Virus record (IMG/VR): IMGVR_UViG_3300000101_000005
Source: a virus
Taxonomy: Duplodnaviria; Caudoviricetes
Length of the DNA stretch: 64,000 nt
Reading direction: 5' to 3' (one strand)
Numbering within the stretch: position 1 is the first letter of the stretch; every line of letters begins with the position of its first letter. A program made the position numbers and the translations under genes. Shown in pieces: positions 26,460 through 35,042 of this stretch. The notes under the pieces were generated by a model that did not search any database, was not told where the DNA came from, and saw only the letters and a program-made list of their open reading frames with translations.

Positions 26460-27370
26460 AAGTATCTCCTAAAGTGTCGCCATGCCTCACCTGAGGCTAA
26501 TTCTTCAAAGTTCCAATGACACATTGCTAACTTTTGCACCCAAACATCTCTATCGAAAAGTTTAGGATCGTTTATTCTTTTAATCTTTGTATTAGATACT
26601 TCGTGACTTTGACTGTGTTCAGGTTCTGGGTCTGTTAAGAACACAGGAACGCCTTCGATAGCACTAACTACACTCGGACTACTATTATATAGCACAGTTG
26701 CCCAAGCACCTTGTAAATCTTGTAATATACTGGGGTTACTGCTTAAAAATACGTCTTTGTGTTGTGGAAAGTATCTAGTTTTTTTATCTCCTGGATGACC
26801 TCTTACAATAATTGGTCTATCAGTAAGTTGTCTAAGTGTTGCAATAGTATCGTTTGCCCATTGTACGCTGTTATATCCACGCATACTCCAACCACCATTA
26901 CGTTGCAAACAAACTAATATATGATTGCCACTAGTTCTCCATGGCTTCATTTGTATGCCTAATCTACTACTAACTTTTGCCCATCTATTAGGATCAATAT
27001 CAGTATCAAAGTAAAATCCTGTTGTTGGAAAAACACCATTGAAGCTATATCTTAAATAACGATTTACATTACCGTTATCGTATGCTAAGAATAGATTACT
27101 GTCTACAATTAATGCTTTTTTACCATTATTAATTTGTTGTTCTACTGCATTTCTTCTTAAAACTAAATGTGGTGCAGTTTTTCCATGCTCGTGTACATAG
27201 CCTTGTATAAGTGCAACGTCAGCATCTGGTACAACTTGCATTGATGTTTGTGCAATAGCAGTATCGCCAGAATTACGTACTCCAGTCAAAAAATTATCTA
27301 GGATCATAGGTTTCTCTAGATTATTATTATGTGGTGGAATACCCCCGTAATATGCTACCGCTACTGTCAT
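26456..27370 (-). CDS. KpsS/KpsC-like (GT-B) protein
   Basis: IVRGHPGD and YNSSPSVVSAIEGVP. Confidence 0.6.
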   Translation of the reverse strand: MTVAVAYYGGIPPHNNNLEKPMILDNFLTGVRNSGDTAIAQTSMQVVPDADVALIQGYVHEHGKTAPHLVLRRNAVEQQINNGKKALIVDSNLFLAYDNGNVNRYLRYSFNGVFPTTGFYFDTDIDPNRWAKVSSRLGIQMKPWRTSGNHILVCLQRNGGWSMRGYNSVQWANDTIATLRQLTDRPIIVRGHPGDKKTRYFPQHKDVFLSSNPSILQDLQGAWATVLYNSSPSVVSAIEGVPVFLTDPEPEHSQSHEVSNTKIKRINDPKLFDRDVWVQKLAMCHWNFEELASGEAWRHFRRYL

Positions 27371-28473
27371 GGCAGTCTCTTTACGTTCTTAACTGCTACG
27401 CCATTCATAAGCTCTTCTTTTGTATATTGAGAATATGAAAGCATACACAACCAAGAACCTAAGTTACCTCGGAACAAATCATTAATATCAGAAAGTTTAT
27501 TACGTGTAACTGGATTAGTGATATGTGTATCTAATGTAATTGCAGGAACGCCAGCCCAAATTGCTTCTGTTGCTGCATTACTGTTAATGTTTACCACACA
27601 GTAATAATCGTCATTTAATAATTCTTTATGTAGGTTAGTTCTTTTCTTTTTAGGTGCCTTAGATCTAAATCTAATGCGTTTGTCAGTATACTTACGTAAC
27701 TCTTTTGCTACATCATACTTCCAAGTTTTTAAATCTACATGCATAATACTTGCTGCAAAAGGTCCAGGTTCAATTACGTAAATAATTTCTCCGTCTTTCC
27801 TCCACGGTCTAGGAAACTTTTTAAAATTACCTAATCTATCTGAAGGTGCATCGAATGACTTGCCGTAGTGTAAATGACTACGCACAACTCTATGCCATAC
27901 TTTGTTTGATTCTAAGAAGTTAGTGTATCCACTGTCAATAAACCAAAAAGGATAGTTGTTGTCAATTTTTCCAACAAGTAAATCTTCGTTACCTACAGTG
28001 TTTCTAATTAAACAATCTTCTTCTAAACTGTTAAAGTCTTTTCTACGAATGTAGGTGTTATTTTTACCATCACCTAACCACTGTCCTGTACCTTTTACAA
28101 AGTTTTTGTACTCAGCTTTTTTATATGCAGCAAAAAGTGCATCAATACCAAATGCATTAATAAAGTATTCTATATTATTATGTATGGTATCGAAGTATGC
28201 AGTTCTTACATTACCTTTGTTTGCATTAATTATGTCTACCCATTCGTCTAAGTCTCTACGTACTGCTTTAAACAACTTGTCTTTAAATTTCTTCTTTTCT
28301 TCAGGTTCAAGTTTACGAGTAGGGTCTTTCCACTTAGCCTTTTTACTAATATGGTCTTGAACGTATGTTGCTGTATACCTATCTTGAATATTGAACTTAA
28401 AAAGTTCTTCTGGAACAGGTACTAGCGAGAGCAAAAAGTTTGCAATCTCTTTGTCATTCATTAGTAGTTTCAT
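27367..28473 (-). CDS. KpsS/KpsC-like protein with N-terminal extension
   Basis: IDSGY, IRFRSK, NINSNAATEAIWAGVP. Confidence 0.55.
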   Translation of the reverse strand: MKLLMNDKEIANFLLSLVPVPEELFKFNIQDRYTATYVQDHISKKAKWKDPTRKLEPEEKKKFKDKLFKAVRRDLDEWVDIINANKGNVRTAYFDTIHNNIEYFINAFGIDALFAAYKKAEYKNFVKGTGQWLGDGKNNTYIRRKDFNSLEEDCLIRNTVGNEDLLVGKIDNNYPFWFIDSGYTNFLESNKVWHRVVRSHLHYGKSFDAPSDRLGNFKKFPRPWRKDGEIIYVIEPGPFAASIMHVDLKTWKYDVAKELRKYTDKRIRFRSKAPKKKRTNLHKELLNDDYYCVVNINSNAATEAIWAGVPAITLDTHITNPVTRNKLSDINDLFRGNLGSWLCMLSYSQYTKEELMNGVAVKNVKRLP

Positions 28474-29252
28474 TAAGAGTATTTCTCCACTAGTTTATAT
28501 GCACGGCCTTGTTCCACTTCGTCGAATGTATATTGTCCATAGGCTAAACTATGACAGTGCTGTAGTATTTTATCTGTTTCAGGTCTGTACGGATTACTAA
28601 GCTGACTCAGATCATTTGATGCTAACGGTGATGCTGCACAAGGTACACTTACAAATGCAGGTACACCGTATAGGACTGATTCTAGTGCAGCCATGCTGTT
28701 CATTGCAACAGTAGCATATACACCAGATTCAAATGCGTCATAAATTGAGTACTCAAAGTTACGCTCTGTGCGTGATCCTTTTATTCGTACTTCAATAGGT
28801 AGATCGCAATACTGTTTAATTTTTTTTGTGGTTTGCTTAACCCATTTATTATAATCAATATCATACCAAACACATGCTTTAGGATTAGGCATTACTAAAA
28901 GAATCTTTTTATCGTAGTTCTTCCAGCCTTTCCATATTAGTCTTGGATCATCTTCAACTAGCATGTTCCATCTGTCTTGTGGTATATCGGGCCTAAATGT
29001 AGAAAGTTGATTTTCATTTTTAACAATACGGTGCCATTTCTTTCCACCTTTCTTGTTACCAGGACTGGGAAAATTACCAAAATATCCTGTATCAATGTAC
29101 CAGTAATCTCTATTTTCTTTTACACAATTATCAGCATGATGTTTTTTAATTACTCCTCTAATAACCATTGGTTTGTTTATCTCAGACGAGTCAACTGTTA
29201 ACTTGTGCTTTGATCCTTCTACCAATATCTCTTCAGGGGATAGTTTGTCCAT
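28473..29252 (-). CDS. KpsS/KpsC-like protein
   Basis: IDTGYFG, IEVRIK, AMNSMAALESVLYGVP. Confidence 0.55.
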   Translation of the reverse strand: MDKLSPEEILVEGSKHKLTVDSSEINKPMVIRGVIKKHHADNCVKENRDYWYIDTGYFGNFPSPGNKKGGKKWHRIVKNENQLSTFRPDIPQDRWNMLVEDDPRLIWKGWKNYDKKILLVMPNPKACVWYDIDYNKWVKQTTKKIKQYCDLPIEVRIKGSRTERNFEYSIYDAFESGVYATVAMNSMAALESVLYGVPAFVSVPCAASPLASNDLSQLSNPYRPETDKILQHCHSLAYGQYTFDEVEQGRAYKLVEKYS

Positions 29253-29950
29253 TAAAGGTTAACCTTAAATTTCATCATTTCAAATAATTCTCTTTTCCAT
29301 TGTTTATGATAAGTGCATCTACGATAGTTTTCAAACCAAGGTCCGCCTTCTGTAAAATGAATTGCCTTTGGCTTATCATCATCTGTTTCTTCGTACCAGT
29401 CAACTAACCAATTCCATTCTTTACCTAGTTCACCAATTTCACTATCATCTAACCAACTAAATCTATGTAAGTATGCGCCTGTAATAGCAGGATCATTTAC
29501 AAGATCCATTGTAATCTTTTTGTTACTAGGATGTCCACAGTTATATAAAATTACACTTGACCAATTTTTACGTGGATATATTGTTTGTTTTTGTCCGTCC
29601 ATCTTTACACCTTCTTTAGGTGTATAATCATGTTGTACACACATAACTGCATACTTGTCATCTGCTTGATCGAATAATTCTTTTATATCTGTTAAGAAAA
29701 TAATGTCGCTATCACAAAACAATGCCCATCCATCAAAGTTTGTAAGCTCTGGTACTAGAAATCGTGTAAAAGTAAATTCTGTTGATGCTAGTTTATCTAC
29801 AGGTCGATGATACCAACCTTGTTCTCTTAATTCATTTTGTTTTAACGGTGTTACTGATACGTTTTCATTTCTTGTTAAGATACTATGTCTGCAAACTTGA
29901 TATGCAATATCTTCTCTAGTGTCGTATCCTACGAATACTTTTAAGTCCAT
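29252..29950 (-). CDS. glycosyltransferase (GT-A, GT8-like)
   Basis: FVGYDTRE, STEFTFTRF, FCDSD, RKNWSS, HFTEGGPW. Confidence 0.8.
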   Translation of the reverse strand: MDLKVFVGYDTREDIAYQVCRHSILTRNENVSVTPLKQNELREQGWYHRPVDKLASTEFTFTRFLVPELTNFDGWALFCDSDIIFLTDIKELFDQADDKYAVMCVQHDYTPKEGVKMDGQKQTIYPRKNWSSVILYNCGHPSNKKITMDLVNDPAITGAYLHRFSWLDDSEIGELGKEWNWLVDWYEETDDDKPKAIHFTEGGPWFENYRRCTYHKQWKRELFEMMKFKVNL

Positions 29951-30750
29951 TGTTCCTCCAAATACGCTCTTGCTTTTCCTGTGCGTAACTCACTATCGTG
30001 AAATTGACCTGCTGCTAAATGACAGCCCCAAGCAAACAATTTATCACTGCTTGGGTAATACGGTGCTTCTATCAATGATAAGTCTTGTAGTCCGACTGGG
30101 TTTGCTGCACTAACAGGCGCTAACGTAAACACCGGAATACCCTGAAATACACTCTCAACTGCTGCATTACTATTAAATGTAACAAGAGCGTACACATCGT
30201 CGTCTAAGGCTTCTTCTAGCGTGTTGTGTAGCATTCTATCTGCTCTTTGTTTATTACGTTGCCTAATTTCAATAGGCCTGTCAGTATGTTGTTTAAGTGT
30301 GTTAACAGTTTCTGATAACCACTCTTCTAAATCAAGATCATAAAACTTCATAGGCTTTTCGTCTGGTGCAGCAATAAGAATCTTTCTACCTTTCTTATTC
30401 CACGGCTTAAACTTTTTACCAAAGCCTTCGAATCTGCTTGAAGGGCGATCAATAAGTTTGTTATGTTGAAGATTGTTCTTTACAATACGATGCCAAAACT
30501 TCCAACCATTAGGGTTACTAGGAGTTACTTCGTTACCAAAGTATCCTGTATCCATATAATAAAAATCTCTACCATCTTCCCAACACTTATGCATCCATTT
30601 CTTTTTTAAGATACCTCGTAACACAATAGGATCTTCTGAAGCATCATAATTAAACGTATTAGAATCCTCAACAGGTGCACTACACCCTCGAGCAAAACGA
30701 TTTATATAGGGGTCTTTTTTACCCTTGCTTACAAAAATCCAATTAGTCAC
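29941..30750 (-). CDS. KpsS/KpsC-like protein
   Basis: MDTGYFG, IEIRQR, TFNSNAAVESVFQGIP. Confidence 0.55.
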   Translation of the reverse strand: MTNWIFVSKGKKDPYINRFARGCSAPVEDSNTFNYDASEDPIVLRGILKKKWMHKCWEDGRDFYYMDTGYFGNEVTPSNPNGWKFWHRIVKNNLQHNKLIDRPSSRFEGFGKKFKPWNKKGRKILIAAPDEKPMKFYDLDLEEWLSETVNTLKQHTDRPIEIRQRNKQRADRMLHNTLEEALDDDVYALVTFNSNAAVESVFQGIPVFTLAPVSAANPVGLQDLSLIEAPYYPSSDKLFAWGCHLAAGQFHDSELRTGKARAYLEEQWT

Positions 30751-31525
30751 GTCTTTCGATATCCTCTTCGATACAGGCTTCCCCGTATTGAACTTCTAGT
30801 ATGTGTGTTAAATCATCTGTGGGGTTACTGGCCTTGTGCCAAGTACCGACTGAGATATCATATCCTCTTTGCAAGGGTTGAAGTTCTACAGTATCACTGA
30901 CGTTGTTCCACTCGGTTTGCATTTTAACTTTGCCTTTTAGTACATACCAATGTTCTGATCTTTGAAAGTGTCTTTGATCAGAAAGACATGCACCTGGCTC
31001 AATTACTAATTCTTTAATTTTAAAATTGTTTTCAGGTTGATGATCTAATACTCTATACCAACCCCATTTGCGTTGTGTCTTAGGTGTTTTCCATTCTCCT
31101 AAAATCCAACTACTTGAATTCTTTTTATCTGTACCACCAACACCAAATTGAAATTCTACTCTATTGTTGTCAGTAAACTTTTTTACTTCTGGTGAATTGC
31201 CTTCACCTCTATCTCCACCGTTAGCAAATACTATTCTGTCATGCATTGTTTCAGATGTTTTAAGTGCTACGTCTATTGCACCACATGCCGATCCTTCCTC
31301 ATCATCTTCAAATGTAATAACATTATCTACTACAGCAAGTTCTTTGATAATAGCAATTCTTTCTTCAACGGGCATAAAAGGCATGCCCTTTTTATTTGTT
31401 AACCACTCGTCGCTGTTAACGCCAACCCATAACTCGTTACCAAGTTCTTTGGCTGCTTTAAAGTAGGCAATATGCCCGGAGTGTAAGGGGTCAAACCCGC
31501 CTGTAACTAGTACGATTCTTTTCAT
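30743..31525 (-). CDS. cytidylyltransferase (HIGH motif) fused to a cupin
   Basis: TGGFDPLHSGH, GVNSD, FANGGDR; C-terminal SDQRH..RSEHW..WHKA. Confidence 0.85.
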   Translation of the reverse strand: MKRIVLVTGGFDPLHSGHIAYFKAAKELGNELWVGVNSDEWLTNKKGMPFMPVEERIAIIKELAVVDNVITFEDDEEGSACGAIDVALKTSETMHDRIVFANGGDRGEGNSPEVKKFTDNNRVEFQFGVGGTDKKNSSSWILGEWKTPKTQRKWGWYRVLDHQPENNFKIKELVIEPGACLSDQRHFQRSEHWYVLKGKVKMQTEWNNVSDTVELQPLQRGYDISVGTWHKASNPTDDLTHILEVQYGEACIEEDIERRD

Positions 31526-31530
31526 ACTAG

Positions 31531-31536
31531 TATTTA
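31531..31536 (-). promoter_or_regulatory. late-type promoter TAAATA-N5-ATG
   Basis: TAAATA-CTAGT-ATG(31525). Confidence 0.7.
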
Positions 31537-31560
31537 TATGCGCAGTTTATGTAAAGAAAA

Positions 31561-32016
31561 TTAAATGGTTGCGTCGTCTAAACCAGCTGTTCTTAGTTTA
31601 ACGATATTAGATACTTGCCATTGTTTAATGTCTAGTCCTTTGATAATTCCTAGCCATTTATTACGTAATAATGCAAACTCGTTAATAATTTTTTCAAAGT
31701 CTACAACATCAGCTTCGCCATCTACAAATTTTTCAGCATCTCTAGAACTTAATTGACGTTGATAATTTTCAACATATTTTCTAAAGTGTGAACTACGTAA
31801 ACGGCGAAGCTCAATGTTTAAATATTCGAGTATTGCTTCGATCTCTTGTAACTGTCCAAATCTAGTTTCCACAATTGCAGGCATTTGTGCTGATGCTTTT
31901 TCAAGACGCCCAACAACATTTGTCTCTTTTTTAGCCTGTAATAATTCTGCTTCGTAGTACTGCACAGCGGCAGGTATCTTCGAAATATCTTTAGAAACTT
32001 GATCGTACCAGTTCAT
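31561..32016 (-). CDS. uvsY: UvsY-like recombination mediator
   Basis: SSRDAEKFVDGE, LLRNKWLGIIKGLD..QWQ; adjacent to uvsX. Confidence 0.7.
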   Translation of the reverse strand: MNWYDQVSKDISKIPAAVQYYEAELLQAKKETNVVGRLEKASAQMPAIVETRFGQLQEIEAILEYLNIELRRLRSSHFRKYVENYQRQLSSRDAEKFVDGEADVVDFEKIINEFALLRNKWLGIIKGLDIKQWQVSNIVKLRTAGLDDATI

Positions 32017-32271
32017 TTAATCCTCATCATCCCAAATTGCATCTTCGACGTCTTCATCATAATTAGTGTCGCCGTCATCTTCGTCTTCAGTTACATACTC
32101 AATTGCAGTATCTAAGTATGTGTCAATACCAAAGAGTTCATTGATTGCAATTTCAGATACTCCGTGGTCTACTAGTGCAGTAACAAAGCCTTTTGCTACT
32201 TCTTGTTTTTCCTTTTCAGGAACATGTTCTGACACTACGTTCCAAATGTCAGCAATTAGATCAGATTGCAT
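32017..32271 (-). CDS. acidic hypothetical protein
   Basis: ORF between uvsX and uvsY. Confidence 0.7.
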   Translation of the reverse strand: MQSDLIADIWNVVSEHVPEKEKQEVAKGFVTALVDHGVSEIAINELFGIDTYLDTAIEYVTEDEDDGDTNYDEDVEDAIWDDED

Positions 32272-32286
32272 AGATTTCCTACTCCG

Positions 32287-33363
32287 TTATTCAGTTGGTT
32301 GTTCTTCGTAAACTTCCTCATCGACTACTTCGACGGGAGTCGATACTACAGGTGTATTTATGATATCATCCATAATTATCTGTAGTTTATCTCCAGTCCA
32401 CTGTTTCCGATATTCTAACATAACTTCGCCAGTCGATGGACTTGTATACTCAAGTCTATTACCTGACTTTTTAAGATATCCTTTTGCTTCGAATAACTCA
32501 ATCAATCCACTATGCGGATCCATGCCTGTTTCATATGGTATTTCAACTTGCACACTTTCAAACGGTTTATTGTAACGTGTTTTCATTACTTTACACGCCG
32601 CTCTAATACCATGTACTTGTGAAGTTTTATTACCGTCTGCATCTACTTTAAGTTTAAGTTTCTTAATAGCTACAACAATACTAGAAGCATATACAAACCC
32701 TTGTCCACCGCTGATCTTATCGTCTGGATCAAACATATCTTGTGATGCATATGTGTGGTTAGTACATACCATACCTACGTTATAACTACCAATCATGTTA
32801 ACTGTGTTACGAACAAGTGCAGTCAATGCCTTAGGCTTACGACCCATATCACCTTTCATATCACCTTTTTGGAACTGGTCAACGTCTGTAGGTGTTAGTA
32901 ACATACCTAACGAATCAATTACAAATAATACTTTAGGACGTTCTTCTTCTGCCATATCACGATATTCTTTCATAAATTCTGATACTGTTCTAGCAACATC
33001 ATCAATCATGCTCATGTTAAGTTTAAGAAGTTTTTCTTCTGAAGTATCTACGTCAAGTGCTTGTAGCCACGCTTCGTCAAGTGCGTTCTCTGAGTCAACT
33101 AATACTACAAAGATGCCTTGTTCCTGTGCAGCCTTTACAATATTTGCTGAACAGAAGTAACTCTTACCACTACCTGATTCACCTGCAAACACCGTTACCT
33201 TACCAAGAGGAACACCTTTATTAAAGTCGCCACTTACAAGATAGTTTAGTGCAAAGTTTCCTGTGCTGACCCAATCAGTTGGATCATTGAAGCCAATACC
33301 AAGGCCGTCAATGCTCTTAGTGATTGTCTTTCTGAATTTACTTATGTCAAATGCTTTTGCCAT
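32287..33363 (-). CDS. uvsX: UvsX/RecA-like recombinase
   Basis: GESGSGKS, VDSE, IDSLG, TNHTY, SGG.G. Confidence 0.95.
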   Translation of the reverse strand: MAKAFDISKFRKTITKSIDGLGIGFNDPTDWVSTGNFALNYLVSGDFNKGVPLGKVTVFAGESGSGKSYFCSANIVKAAQEQGIFVVLVDSENALDEAWLQALDVDTSEEKLLKLNMSMIDDVARTVSEFMKEYRDMAEEERPKVLFVIDSLGMLLTPTDVDQFQKGDMKGDMGRKPKALTALVRNTVNMIGSYNVGMVCTNHTYASQDMFDPDDKISGGQGFVYASSIVVAIKKLKLKVDADGNKTSQVHGIRAACKVMKTRYNKPFESVQVEIPYETGMDPHSGLIELFEAKGYLKKSGNRLEYTSPSTGEVMLEYRKQWTGDKLQIIMDDIINTPVVSTPVEVVDEEVYEEQPTE

Positions 33364-33387
33364 TTTTACCTTTCCTATGTTTTAGAG

Positions 33388-33450
33388 TGTGGTGTGAAAG
33401 ATCTCGCTGGATACCGAAAGGAGATTTTAGCCGGAACTTCCACATACACA
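33388..33450 (-). other. candidate structured RNA element in the uvsX leader
   Basis: Nested stems GUGGAAG/CUUUCAC (G-U pair on the sense strand only) and AUCUC/GAGAU, with outer UGUG/CACA. Confidence 0.45.
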
Positions 33451-33455
33451 ATTAG

Positions 33456-34469
33456 TTAACTAGCGTTTCTGCTTCTAATCATTGCAAGAATATCTTGCGC
33501 TCTATTAGAACCATCGCCTTCACTTGCCGCAGCCGCTGGTGCTGTTGCAGTTGCCGCCGCTGGAGCCGCTTCTGCTACTGGTGCTGCCGGAGCCGCTTCA
33601 GGTGCAGGAGTTGCTGCTGGTGCTGGTGTTGCTGGTGTTGATGGAGTATATGCCTTGTTAGGATCTCCAGTACGTGACGCCATACCTGCTGGCTTAAAGT
33701 ACTGACCCCAACGGTCCATATCATATGCCTCACCGTCTACTGACGCTTCGAACATCTCTTTCATAACCTTCAATGCAACTTCATCGGGTTTCTTTGGAAG
33801 GAAATCTGACATGTTGTAAAGACCATGCGTTTCGATCGCTGCCTTTTCAGTATCACTTAATGCACGTTCTTTACGTGACCAAGATGATGTAGAATAGTCT
33901 GCATAGCCACCTTTAGAAGTTTTCTTAACTCTAAAGTCAACGCCACGCATATAGTCTGTTGGCAGTTCTTCAAGTTCAGGATCCATTAATGCACCTTTAA
34001 TGATCTGGAAGATCTGTGGTCCAATAATAAATCTACGGATTGGGTTTTCCGGAGAACTTTCTTCGTTTAACGGGTCTTCAGTAACAAACCCTTGGAATAC
34101 ATATGAACGTTTTTTCCAATACTTACGTCCCATATCTTCTAAAGATTTATCTTTAAACCATGGTCGAACTTCTGTTAAGATCGGACATGGTGTTCCGTCG
34201 TTATACATTTCCATACATGGAACTTGTACAATTACCTGACGTGAGTCAGTGTCGCCTTTTACTCCAGCAAACGGAAGTTTAATCATTGCACGTTCTGCCC
34301 AAAAGAACGTATTAGATTGATCGCTGTCAGGTAAGAAACGAATTACTGCTTCTTTGCCTTCTTGCATATTCCAATGTGGGTAAATTGCGTTGTCTCCACC
34401 GGAAGAATTTCCAGTGTTACGATTGTTGGACTCTTGTAGTTTAGCCCTTATTTCTGCGAGTGATGCCAT
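33456..34469 (-). CDS. gp32: single-stranded DNA-binding protein (gp32-like)
   Basis: AVIRFLP, CPI, YWKKRSY, FRVKK....GYADYSTS; Ala/Pro-rich tail. Confidence 0.88.
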   Translation of the reverse strand: MASLAEIRAKLQESNNRNTGNSSGGDNAIYPHWNMQEGKEAVIRFLPDSDQSNTFFWAERAMIKLPFAGVKGDTDSRQVIVQVPCMEMYNDGTPCPILTEVRPWFKDKSLEDMGRKYWKKRSYVFQGFVTEDPLNEESSPENPIRRFIIGPQIFQIIKGALMDPELEELPTDYMRGVDFRVKKTSKGGYADYSTSSWSRKERALSDTEKAAIETHGLYNMSDFLPKKPDEVALKVMKEMFEASVDGEAYDMDRWGQYFKPAGMASRTGDPNKAYTPSTPATPAPAATPAPEAAPAAPVAEAAPAAATATAPAAAASEGDGSNRAQDILAMIRSRNAS

Positions 34470-34526
34470 TTGTGCCTCCTATAGCCTTGTTATATGTTTT
34501 CACTTTCATGCCTAAGCATACGTATT

Positions 34527-34555
34527 ATTATATGCTCTTTTATTTAGCCCGTCAA
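34527..34555 (-). promoter_or_regulatory. sigma70 promoter with an embedded TAAATA late motif (gp32/uvsX)
   Basis: TTGACG-17 bp-TATAAT; TAAATA at 34541-34546. Confidence 0.8.
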
Positions 34556-34589
34556 CTGTTATTTTAACTAATTGTGGTTTCATTCAGCC

Positions 34590-34618
34590 AAAAAGAAAGG
34601 AGACCGCAGCCTCCTTCC
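34590..34618 (-). terminator. intrinsic terminator after pqqA
   Basis: GGAAGGAG-GCTGCGGT-CTCCTTTC then TTTTT. Confidence 0.75.
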
Positions 34619-34632
34619 GTAAAACTTGTACG

Positions 34633-34704
34633 TTACTTGTTCATTACGTACATTGTAACTTCAAAACCAAAACGCATTTCTGTGTATGAAGGTTTAGTCC
34701 ACAT
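34633..34704 (-). CDS. pqqA: pyrroloquinoline quinone precursor peptide PqqA
   Basis: MWTKPSYTEMRFGFEVTMYVMNK (23 aa) with ExxxY core; AAAGGAGA RBS 6 nt upstream. Confidence 0.92.
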   Translation of the reverse strand: MWTKPSYTEMRFGFEVTMYVMNK

Positions 34705-34783
34705 TGTCATTCTCCTTTAGTCTTAGGTTGAAACATGTAAACAGTTCCTAGGAGAGCTAAAAGCAAGTCCTAGTTGAGTTACG

Positions 34784-35008
34784 TTAAAGTGCCTTGTGCA
34801 ATTGAGCAACTAGCTTTGCTTTAGTCAGCCTTCTATCTAATTCAATGCCGTTATCTCTGCCTAATTCTTCTAACTTAACCTTTGTCATTTTTGATAACTC
34901 AGCTTTAGTTACTTTCTTAGCTTTTGCTGGGGCCTTTTCTTTCACTTCGTCCTTTAGTACCAAAGGTTCTACTGGTGAAGTGAACAGCTTTTTAATCCAG
35001 TTAAACAT
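34784..35008 (-). CDS. small protein with Rho-N/HeH-like nucleic-acid-binding domain
   Basis: LSKMTKVKLEELGRDNGIELDRRLTKAKLVAQL; TAAATA at 35031-35036, GGAG RBS. Confidence 0.6.
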   Translation of the reverse strand: MFNWIKKLFTSPVEPLVLKDEVKEKAPAKAKKVTKAELSKMTKVKLEELGRDNGIELDRRLTKAKLVAQLHKAL

Positions 35009-35042
35009 ATTCTTCTCCGTTAATGAGTATTATTTAAGTCTT

